Shown here: one piece after another, positions 1 to 6,413 of the stretch | Layout: each line of letters begins with the position of its first letter | Position numbering within the stretch: position 1 is the first letter of the stretch | Made by a program: the position numbers and the translations under genes | Notes under the pieces: model-generated | Seen by the model: only the letters and a program-made list of their open reading frames with translations | Databases searched by the model: none | What the model was told of the DNA's origin: nothing | IMG/VR virus record: IMGVR_UViG_3300031716_000031 | Strand: one strand, 5' to 3' | DNA length: 35,256 nt | DNA from: a virus

Positions 1-127
1 TTCAGTGAACTCATAATCAGGATGAAGTACCCAATTCGATCGTAGATACTCTTTTGCGGAATTCAGTTTACGTAGCATGGGATTAAATCTGATTTGCGAC
101 CAAGTTTTATCGTATTTCATTTCCTAT
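1..127. repeat. Terminal direct repeat, left copy (identical to 35130..35256)
   Basis: Read by eye. ttcagtgaactcataatcagg...cgtatttcatttcctat occurs at both window ends. The left copy holds the first 120 nt (minus strand, ATG 120..118) of the ORF annotated at 35040..35249. Confidence 0.95.
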
Positions 128-465
128 TACCCCTCAAAGTCACCATTCTTAACCTTAGCCTGATAAGCAGGCCATAGGACTTGATCTGCATAGCGTTCTG
201 CTAGTTCTTGCAGGACTTCCTTAAGATGCTTGCTGTTAAGTTCTTTCCGCGCATCGCAGAAGTGGCATTGAGCCATCATCCAAAGCGCAAGAAAATCATA
301 AACATCCCCTGAGCCGGTTTGCTCTCCATCCCACACAAGAGCGTCATACATCCGTTTCGGTGTGCACCGAATCTCAATAGCTTCAGCAGCTACCCATTCT
401 TCCCTACCATTTTCTTTACCATCAGGAGGGTAGAGTTTGTTGTTAGGTACGATTGGTTCAAACAT
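127..465 (-). CDS. Hypothetical early protein (112 aa)
   Basis: This is the only long ORF here. Its stop TAA (129..127) is followed on the minus strand by AGGAA and the ATG (120..118) of the next gene. No motif recognised. Confidence 0.7.
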   Translation of the reverse strand: MFEPIVPNNKLYPPDGKENGREEWVAAEAIEIRCTPKRMYDALVWDGEQTGSGDVYDFLALWMMAQCHFCDARKELNSKHLKEVLQELAERYADQVLWPAYQAKVKNGDFEG

Positions 466-476
466 GGTTAATCCTT

Positions 477-626
477 TTAACGCTCAAATTCTTCATCTGA
501 AACTTGTTCAAGAACCCATTGCAAGGCGATCAATAGGCCGTCTTCATATGTCATTCCTGGATAGTTCGATCCTTCATGAATATTGATATCATCAAGTGCT
601 TCTTGAACTTCATCTTCTGATTTCAT
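477..626 (-). CDS. Hypothetical small acidic protein (49 aa, below ORF-track cutoff)
   Basis: Hand translation with ATG 626..624 and TAA 479..477 gives MKSEDEVQEALDDINIHEGSNYPGMTYEDGLLIALQWVLEQVSDEEFER. It fills the gap on the operon strand. Confidence 0.55.
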   Translation of the reverse strand: MKSEDEVQEALDDINIHEGSNYPGMTYEDGLLIALQWVLEQVSDEEFER

Positions 627-648
627 TTATCTTTCATCTCCATTGGAG

Positions 649-906
649 TTATTCGCCTTTCGCCGCGGCGATGATTGCATGGGTTTCAACAATCGCTGGG
701 CATTCTTTCGGGTCACAGCCCATGTCGCGCCAGAACTGCTCAACGAACAGAACATTTTCTTCCAGCGCTGCCAGCAATTGAGGCGCAGCATCACGAATAC
801 GATCCAGCTTCTGCGCTTCCAATTGCTCAGGCGTAAAAACGATCTGCTCGTGATCAGGAGCGAATTGGTTCGGGTTAAAAGTGCCAATGTGGTTTTGTGC
901 GCTCAT
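649..906 (-). CDS. Hypothetical early protein (85 aa)
   Basis: ATG 906 is preceded on the minus strand by ACAACGGAGATAGAA (SD GGAG). The overlapping track ORFs 596..781, 627..887 and 643..945 look like shadow frames. Confidence 0.7.
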   Translation of the reverse strand: MSAQNHIGTFNPNQFAPDHEQIVFTPEQLEAQKLDRIRDAAPQLLAALEENVLFVEQFWRDMGCDPKECPAIVETHAIIAAAKGE

Positions 907-930
907 TTCTATCTCCGTTGTTTGTTTGCT
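903..930 (-). repeat. Repeated translation-initiation cassette, copy 1 (pairs with 1090..1118)
   Basis: Plus strand TCATTTCTATCTCCGTTGTTTGTTTGCT. On the minus strand this is AGCAAACAAACAACGGAGATAGAAATGA, containing the SD and start of ORF 649..906. Confidence 0.85.
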
Positions 931-979
931 TCCGTACTACCTTAAGGTGATTCCTTAGACCTAGCGTGTGGATTTGTTT

Positions 980-1093
980 TTAAATCCACCAAGGAATAAT
1001 AGTGAATATCGCCATGGCCATGAGTGCAATAGTCACCACGACTTTTCCAGTGAGACTCATGTCAAAAAAAGTTTCATAATCGCGTGAATTCAT
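980..1093 (-). CDS. Small membrane protein (37 aa, below ORF-track cutoff)
   Basis: Hand translation gives MNSRDYETFFDMSLTGKVVVTIALMAMAIFTIIPWWI, with one C-terminal hydrophobic helix. ATG 1093..1091 sits behind the same GGAGATAGAA SD cassette as the neighbouring gene. Confidence 0.5.
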   Translation of the reverse strand: MNSRDYETFFDMSLTGKVVVTIALMAMAIFTIIPWWI

Positions 1094-1118
1094 TTCTATC
1101 TCCGTTGTGTTGTTTGCT
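1090..1118 (-). repeat. Repeated translation-initiation cassette, copy 2
   Basis: Plus strand TCATTTCTATCTCCGTTGTGTTGTTTGCT. It is identical to 903..930 apart from one inserted base. Confidence 0.85.
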
Positions 1119-1141
1119 GCGATGACTGAATTAAACGTGTA

Positions 1142-1315
1142 TTAGGCTGCTTCAGCGATTCGGTTATCGGATTTGCATTTGAATTCTGTTTTGCCATTTG
1201 ACAGGTCAATAACCTCAACCCAATCATTTGACTTTTCTTCCCACATCTCACAATTGTTTGCAAACATCATCCAGCCGGCTTCCGTTCCAGAGTGCCTACC
1301 AAAACATAAAAGCAT
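1142..1315 (-). CDS. Hypothetical protein (57 aa), first gene of the leftward arm
   Basis: The internal ATG at 1315..1313 is preceded by CAGGAGAAACAAA (SD AGGAGA). The track ORF 1142..1375 carries an unlikely 20-aa extension. Confidence 0.6.
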   Translation of the reverse strand: MLLCFGRHSGTEAGWMMFANNCEMWEEKSNDWVEVIDLSNGKTEFKCKSDNRIAEAA

Positions 1316-1459
1316 TTTGTTTCTCCTGATGTGTTGTGATCCGATGACTGAACTATAGCAGGATTTTGCAGGCACAACACAAATTCATCATGAAATATTT
1401 TGCTGTGCCGTATTGATAAGTTCAATGCACAATCATGCAGGATATGCTAACATGGATTC
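1316..1459. promoter_or_regulatory. Divergent intergenic control region between the two genome arms
   Basis: A 144-bp non-coding gap separates oppositely oriented first genes. It holds the inverted 8-mers GTGTTGTG (1331..1338) and CACAACAC (1373..1380), and the direct repeat GCAGGAT at 1358..1364 and 1437..1443. I could not place exact -35/-10 boxes. Confidence 0.5.
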
Positions 1460-1657
1460 ATGGCTAAGACACTAGAACAACAGGCTGACGACCTTAAACC
1501 GTTGGTGGCAGATTCCAACATCGCGGCGCTTGCGAGGGAATCTGGCTTATCTGAACGCTGGCTGCGGTACTTTGTCAGGAACAAGATACCCAATCCGGGT
1601 GTTCTGACATTAGATGCTGTGGCTAGTGCATTAAAACTAGCAGCAAAGAAAAAGTAG
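1460..1657 (+). CDS. Small helix-turn-helix DNA-binding protein (65 aa), Cro/regulator-like by position
   Basis: The segment IAALARESGLSERWLRYFV looks like an HTH. It is the first gene of the rightward arm, next to the divergent control region. Confidence 0.6.
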   Translation: MAKTLEQQADDLKPLVADSNIAALARESGLSERWLRYFVRNKIPNPGVLTLDAVASALKLAAKKK

Positions 1658-1803
1658 TGCTATGATGAATTCGCGCTGTGAGAAGCGTAATTGGAGGTCA
1701 GAAGTCGGTTCTTTTGGGCTGGTCTATCTGACCGTATTTGCCTGCAATGGGCGCGACCTCCCGGTAATCTCTCACCGGATAGGCCAGCGCCAAAAGGACT
1801 GAC

Positions 1804-2541
1804 ATGCAGTACCGCATAAAGAACTGGACTGAGTTCCAGCACTACAAAGATCGACTTCCCCCTTGGATCAAGCTCCATAACTCACTGCTTACGTCTGAAG
1901 CTTGGGTTATGACAGATGACGCCTCTAGAGCGTTATTGATTGCTTGCATGTTGCTAGCATCTCGCAACAATGCTAATGACGGGACGTTTAACGGTGAGCC
2001 AGAATACGTTAAGCGGTTTGCCTACCTGAATAAGACTCCAGACTTCAAGCCTCTGATTCAATACGGATTTATAGAGTTGGTGCATGACGCTAGCAACGTG
2101 CTAGCAAAATGCAACACAGAGGAGAGTAGAGGAGAGAAAGAGGAGAGCAAAGCAGAGGAGAATAACGCCGAGCAAGTCGGCTTGATATTCAATTTTTGGA
2201 AACAGACTTTGAACCACCCTAAAGCGGTCTTGGATGCAAAGCGTAAGAAGTTGATAGAGGCAAGGCTGAAAGATGGCTATCCGGCTAAGACCTTATGCAA
2301 TGCAATCTCTGGATGCTCACTTTCTCCCTATCACATGGGATTTAACGACTCAGGGACTAAGTACGATGGCCTTGATTTGATATTCAGGGACGCAGGGAAG
2401 GTTGATCAGTTCATCGGATATTTTGACAAGCCGCCAAAGCCTGTAGGAAACCAAGCACGGATTGAGTCAATTAACGAATCGTCAGCAGACCAATTCCTTA
2501 ACGGTGAAAACCCGTTCTCTGGTCACACGGTGGAGCATTAA
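1804..2541 (+). CDS. Replication initiator / replisome-organiser-like protein with a Phg_2220_C-like C-terminal domain
   Basis: The N-terminus KNWTEFQHYKDRLPPWIKLH is a recurrent phage replication-protein motif. The C-terminal part FWKQT...KRKKLIEARLKDGY...ISGCSLSPYHMGFNDSGTKYDGLDLIFR matches my memory of the conserved phage C-terminus family. An acidic linker carries DNA repeats. Confidence 0.6.
   Translation: MQYRIKNWTEFQHYKDRLPPWIKLHNSLLTSEAWVMTDDASRALLIACMLLASRNNANDGTFNGEPEYVKRFAYLNKTPDFKPLIQYGFIELVHDASNVLAKCNTEESRGEKEESKAEENNAEQVGLIFNFWKQTLNHPKAVLDAKRKKLIEARLKDGYPAKTLCNAISGCSLSPYHMGFNDSGTKYDGLDLIFRDAGKVDQFIGYFDKPPKPVGNQARIESINESSADQFLNGENPFSGHTVEH
2118..2162 (+). repeat. Four phased purine-rich direct repeats AGAGGAGA(G/A), iteron-like candidate origin
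   Basis: Copies lie at 2118..2126, 2128..2136, 2139..2147 and 2154..2162, spaced 10, 11 and 15 bp. They sit inside the linker of the initiator gene. An AT-rich stretch (gatattcaattttt, about 2184..2198) follows. Confidence 0.5.
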
Positions 2542-3198
2542 ATGATTGAGTCAGACAAAAAACAGTTCCTGAGCGTGATTAATGCCGTCATGTCGGTTTA
2601 TGGGAAAGAAGTTAGCCCGACAGGTCTTCAGGTTTGGTGGGCTGCTCTTGAAGAATATCCATTCAATGAAGTTACTCGCGCTTTCACTTCGTATGTAAAG
2701 TCTGCTGATTCTGGGACGTTTCCACCAAAACCTGCTGACATTATTCGGATGATTGATGGGACTGTCCAAGAAAAATCGGTCATGGCATGGAGCAAAGTCA
2801 TGGAAGGGATTCGTCATGCTGGGGCTTATAGATCAGTCTGTTTTGATGATCCTATTATCAATCTGGTGCTTCAAGACATGGGGGGTTGGCCGAAGATATG
2901 TGGAAGCACGGTTGATGAATCTCAGTTCTTATTTGCCGAGTTTAATAAAAAGTACATGGCCTATTCGGCCCGTGGCAAGGATATTAAGTACCCGGCAATC
3001 CTGATGGGTATATCCGAGGAACAAAACCGCATAGCGGGCTTTAAACCAACTCCTCCGATATTGATAGGTAATCCACAGAAGGCGCAGCTAGTCCTAGATA
3101 GCGGTTCTGACAAATCTCATGTGCAGATCACGAGCGGAAAGGTTGCAGACTTCCTGCTGAAGAATATTGATTTTAATATCAAAAAGGAAGCGAAATGA
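2542..3198 (+). CDS. Replication-associated protein, possible helicase-loader (G39P-like N-terminal region)
   Basis: The start abuts the initiator stop (TAA-ATG). WWAALEEYPFNEVTRAF...FPPKPADI resembles the N-terminal domain of phage helicase loader/inhibitor proteins. Its position is immediately after the initiator. Confidence 0.4.
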   Translation: MIESDKKQFLSVINAVMSVYGKEVSPTGLQVWWAALEEYPFNEVTRAFTSYVKSADSGTFPPKPADIIRMIDGTVQEKSVMAWSKVMEGIRHAGAYRSVCFDDPIINLVLQDMGGWPKICGSTVDESQFLFAEFNKKYMAYSARGKDIKYPAILMGISEEQNRIAGFKPTPPILIGNPQKAQLVLDSGSDKSHVQITSGKVADFLLKNIDFNIKKEAK

Positions 3199-3404
3199 TT
3201 GCTTGTATGGGAGGTGGATGCTCCAGTAGAGAAACCTGCTCTGACTACCAATCAGGATATGGATCAGGTATCCAAGAAGAGAAATACATCAGTATTGTTG
3301 AAAGGCTCTGTGGTAAGGAAGAAGAGCCTGCTTCAATTCAAAGAGTGGCTTGTAAGGAAAATGAGACTAAGGAGAAGAGTGATGGCAAAGACCGCAAAAT
3401 CTGA
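3195..3404 (+). CDS. Small Cys-rich protein (69 aa)
   Basis: ATGA start/stop overlap with the upstream gene (3195..3198). The N-terminus MIACMGGGCSSRETCSDYQ resembles a C-x-G-G-x-C-x-x-R-x-x-C-x-x-Y motif I have seen in small phage proteins. Confidence 0.45.
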   Translation: MIACMGGGCSSRETCSDYQSGYGSGIQEEKYISIVERLCGKEEEPASIQRVACKENETKEKSDGKDRKI

Positions 3405-3708
3405 TTCTATTGGCCTCCAGAAAGATAAATTAATTCTGGAGATTGATCGCATCAGGGTAAGGATTAAGCAACTTGCAAATACAGTTCCTGCGTATGTCAT
3501 GAATGGAGATGCGGTCATTGCTGCGCGTTGGATCGAACATGCTCAAGTTTCTTATTTCCGTCCTTACGCAAAGATCGCAAACAAGAAAAAATCTGTGGCT
3601 GAATTAGAGGAAATGTTAGAAGAAGAGCGTGAGCTAATCCGTTCACTGGAAAATCCACCGACGATTAACCATAGTGAATCCGTGACTATAAATGATCTAT
3701 TTTCGTAA
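3382..3708 (+). CDS. Hypothetical protein (108 aa)
   Basis: The internal ATG 3382 has a strong SD (AAGGAG 3369..3374, 7-nt spacer). The track ORF 3199..3708 is probably over-extended upstream. Confidence 0.55.
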   Translation: MAKTAKSDSIGLQKDKLILEIDRIRVRIKQLANTVPAYVMNGDAVIAARWIEHAQVSYFRPYAKIANKKKSVAELEEMLEEERELIRSLENPPTINHSESVTINDLFS

Positions 3709-3726
3709 ACATATGAGTCAAAATAA

Positions 3727-3882
3727 ATGAACTGGACTAAAACCAGCACTCATACCCTAAGATCAGGCGATTGGTTAATCGTAAAGTTCGACTGGGGTAG
3801 ATATGTTCTCTGGAACAAAGAAGACTTAATCGGTAAGTTCAAATCAGCAGAAGAAGCAAAAGAGGCTATACATGGACGATAA
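3727..3882 (+). CDS. Hypothetical protein (51 aa, below ORF-track cutoff)
   Basis: Hand translation gives MNWTKTSTHTLRSGDWLIVKFDWGRYVLWNKEDLIGKFKSAEEAKEAIHGR. It lies on the operon strand. The opposite-strand track ORFs here look spurious. Confidence 0.5.
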   Translation: MNWTKTSTHTLRSGDWLIVKFDWGRYVLWNKEDLIGKFKSAEEAKEAIHGR

Positions 3883-4048
3883 AGACCTAATGATTGTAGA
3901 GCTTGAAGTTGAAGTGAACCGACTTCAGGATTTGCTTGACCGACGCCCCGCAATGAACGAAGGGTTGTTCGAGGCCTATTCCGTCTGGACAGCCGAAGTC
4001 TATGCCAGTGATATTTCCTTCATCACCGAAGGTGAAACGGCTCACTAA
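3872..4048 (+). CDS. Hypothetical protein (58 aa, below ORF-track cutoff)
   Basis: Hand translation gives MDDKDLMIVELEVEVNRLQDLLDRRPAMNEGLFEAYSVWTAEVYASDISFITEGETAH. It ends in a TAATG overlap with the NinG-like start at 4048. Confidence 0.5.
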   Translation: MDDKDLMIVELEVEVNRLQDLLDRRPAMNEGLFEAYSVWTAEVYASDISFITEGETAH

Positions 4049-4683
4049 TGCCTAAATGTGCTATTTGCAGATCGACCTACAAAAAACTGAGCATGACCCA
4101 CAAGCTCTGCGGAAACGTCGAATGTGCGATTCAGTGGGCAGAACGAGAGCGAGAGAAGAAAGAACGCAAGGAAGCCCGTTTAGAGGCCCGGAGGCAGCTT
4201 GAAGAGAAGCGAGATCATAAGGATAAGCTAGAGAAGCTTAAAACCCGTAGTGAATGGATTCAAGAAGCCGAAATGTGGCGTAGACGGCGTAGACGGCTTG
4301 AAGAATTGGCGAAGGGTGAGGGATGTATTAGTTGCAAGCGTACTCAGGAAGAAGTCATGGGTATAGAAGGATGGAAGCCGGGTGGATGTTGGGATGCAGG
4401 ACACTTCCTAAGTAAGGGAGCACGACCAAATCTCAGACTAACCTTGAATAACATTTGGCTCCAATGTAAGTCATGTAACGCAGGCTCCGCGAAATATGCA
4501 AGGAAACAAGGAACGGTCAGTGCGGCATACAGGATTAACCTGATCGAGAAGATAGGAGTAGAGGCAGTAGAAACACTGGAAAACGATCATGAGCCTAGGC
4601 ATTGGACGATAGACGATCTAAAGGTCATGATTGCTGAAGACAAACTTGCAGTTAAAAACCTTAAATCCCGAGAAAACCTATGA
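4048..4683 (+). CDS. ninG: NinG/Rap-family recombination endonuclease
   Basis: An N-terminal Cys cluster (CAICRSTY...CGNVEC) is followed by a basic coiled region. Then comes CISCKR...WDAGHFLSKGARPNLRLTLNNIWLQCKSCN, the lambda NinG-type signature. Confidence 0.75.
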   Translation: MPKCAICRSTYKKLSMTHKLCGNVECAIQWAEREREKKERKEARLEARRQLEEKRDHKDKLEKLKTRSEWIQEAEMWRRRRRRLEELAKGEGCISCKRTQEEVMGIEGWKPGGCWDAGHFLSKGARPNLRLTLNNIWLQCKSCNAGSAKYARKQGTVSAAYRINLIEKIGVEAVETLENDHEPRHWTIDDLKVMIAEDKLAVKNLKSRENL

Positions 4684-4699
4684 ACGGAGAAACCACAAA

Positions 4700-4924
4700 A
4701 TGAGAGAATATGAGACATTCAACTTCACAATCAACGCATTAGAAGGGAAAAAGATATTGAACACCCAAGTAGACTATACAAACAAACTCAACAAGGAAGT
4801 GAACCTATTGTTGAAAGCCATCCATGAGTACCAGTTCAAACACCGTGAGAACGCAGATCAAACACTGATTAAGCAAGTATTAGACCATGTAACTAATGCT
4901 CGGCAACTTATTCAGGAGGATTAA
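4700..4924 (+). CDS. Hypothetical protein (74 aa)
   Basis: ATG 4700 is preceded by GGAGA (4686..4690). The track ORF 4631..4924 overlaps the NinG end. Confidence 0.55.
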   Translation: MREYETFNFTINALEGKKILNTQVDYTNKLNKEVNLLLKAIHEYQFKHRENADQTLIKQVLDHVTNARQLIQED

Positions 4925-4926
4925 GC

Positions 4927-5277
4927 ATGTTTAATTTTGGTAATGAGAAGAAAGACCAAAACATTGATTGGGAAACTCGTGTAAAAGAGCTTCAAGCGAA
5001 ATATCAAAAAGAATTGGATGCATTGACGGAAGAATTTCCCATCGGCAGTATATGGAATTGGCTCGGAATCGATATTGTTGTGAGTGAAATTGGGATAGAT
5101 CGTTCTGAGCGTTATTGTCACGGATTTATCATTCCTCCATATTACAAAGAACCTGCTGTTTCCTTTATTTGGCGTCAACATGGAGAAGAGAAGAAGGAAG
5201 TCTTCTACCCTAATAAACTAGAAATCCTTCGTTGTTATCAAAAACAACTAGCCAAGCGAGTATTGGAACCAGAATGA
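4927..5277 (+). CDS. Hypothetical protein (116 aa)
   Basis: The ORF is on the operon strand, tightly spaced after the previous stop. No motif recognised. Confidence 0.65.
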   Translation: MFNFGNEKKDQNIDWETRVKELQAKYQKELDALTEEFPIGSIWNWLGIDIVVSEIGIDRSERYCHGFIIPPYYKEPAVSFIWRQHGEEKKEVFYPNKLEILRCYQKQLAKRVLEPE

Positions 5278-5432
5278 CACCCAACAGCATAGACAAATAC
5301 CGAGCAGACACCCACAAACTAACTTCAATGTACAACTGGAAAACGAAAGTCTGTCAGTGTTGCAAGAAAACACGTAGCCCAGCACAATTCAAGAACTCAG
5401 AACGTTGTAATAGCTGTAGAGGGATAAAATAA
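5274..5432 (+). CDS. Small Cys-rich (zinc-binding-like) protein (52 aa)
   Basis: ATGA overlap with the upstream stop (5274..5277). Contains CQCC...CNSC. Confidence 0.5.
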   Translation: MTPNSIDKYRADTHKLTSMYNWKTKVCQCCKKTRSPAQFKNSERCNSCRGIK

Positions 5433-5526
5433 CCATCAACAATGATACAATCATATAAGATTAAATAAGTAACACCGACTAGACGGACTCTAGGTCGCCA
5501 TTAAGGCAGTGATAGTAGAGGTAGAT

Positions 5527-6090
5527 ATGTGGTTGTATTACACCTATGAGCTAATCGACCCCAGAGACAACAAGGTCTTTTATGTTGGTAAGGGTAAAGG
5601 CAACCGTATGCTTGCTCATGAGAAGGAAGCCAAGAAAGGCGTTGTTTCTCCTAAGTGCAATAAGATTCGTGAAATCCTAAAAGCACGCAAAGAGGTACTA
5701 AAGCGCCAAGTAGCCTTCTTTAATGAAGAACAAGCCGCTTATGACCATGAGACAGATATGATTTCTGCTTATGGGCTTAAGAATCTAACCAATATCATGC
5801 CTGGCGGCCAGAAGGCTTGGGATACGCGAGTAGAAAGCCGATCCAAGCAATCAGAACGTAAGGAATATCAATCCAATCTTGATATGTGGCTGAAGATTGT
5901 TGCTTACTCAGTTCATATAGCAAGAGGATGGAGGCCTAATACAAATGGCCGTCCATGGACTGATGCGATAGTTAATGCACTAAAGCGTGCCGGATACGAT
6001 GCCTTCTTGGATAAGGCATTGAAAGATTTCAAAAAAGATGATGTTGTTTCTGGTTTATTGAAGCGTGGCGTTAAGCTTACGTTTGTCTAA
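5527..6090 (+). CDS. GIY-YIG-family nuclease (free-standing homing-endonuclease-like)
   Basis: YTYELIDPRDNKVFYVGKGKGNRMLAHEKE matches the GIY...YVG...R...H core of the GIY-YIG fold. ATG 5527 has GAGG 6 nt upstream. The track start at 5509 is GTG. Confidence 0.65.
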   Translation: MWLYYTYELIDPRDNKVFYVGKGKGNRMLAHEKEAKKGVVSPKCNKIREILKARKEVLKRQVAFFNEEQAAYDHETDMISAYGLKNLTNIMPGGQKAWDTRVESRSKQSERKEYQSNLDMWLKIVAYSVHIARGWRPNTNGRPWTDAIVNALKRAGYDAFLDKALKDFKKDDVVSGLLKRGVKLTFV

Positions 6091-6113
6091 AGTAGAAATA
6101 GGTAGATAACATC

Positions 6114-6413
6114 ATGGCATTAGGACAAAAGACAGGCGGCAGAGTAGCTGGAACGCCAAACAAGGTCACGGCTGAGTTCCGTCAGACCATTACAGCTCTT
6201 CTAGAGAAGAACGCTGCAAATGTCGATAAATGGCTCCAGATGGTGGCTGAAGGCGATGGTGCAGACGTAAAGCCTGATCCGGGTAAGGCACTTGATCTGA
6301 TGGCTAAGTTAGCAGAGTTCGGCGCTCCTAAGCTTGCGCGTACTGAGCTTGTTGGCGATGCCGACAATCCTGTAACCATTGCTGAAGTGCGTCGTACCAT
6401 TGTCAATACTTGA
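6114..6413 (+). CDS. Putative small terminase subunit / DNA-packaging accessory protein (99 aa)
   Basis: It lies immediately upstream of, and overlapping, TerL. The N-terminal GGRVAGTPNKVT basic motif is common in small proteins preceding terminase genes. The call rests mainly on position. Confidence 0.4.
   Translation: MALGQKTGGRVAGTPNKVTAEFRQTITALLEKNAANVDKWLQMVAEGDGADVKPDPGKALDLMAKLAEFGAPKLARTELVGDADNPVTIAEVRRTIVNT

Noticed and set aside
596-945. ORFs 596..781(+), 627..887(-) and 643..945(+), which overlap ORF 649..906(-)
   Set aside because: Only 649..906 has an SD plus ATG and protein-like composition on the operon strand. The others are alternative frames of the same DNA.
1662-1802. 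46-codon plus-strand ORF filling the gap before the replication gene
   Set aside because: It has no Shine-Dalgarno, an odd composition, and coincides with strong RNA secondary structure. It is reported instead as a structured leader. It cannot be fully excluded.
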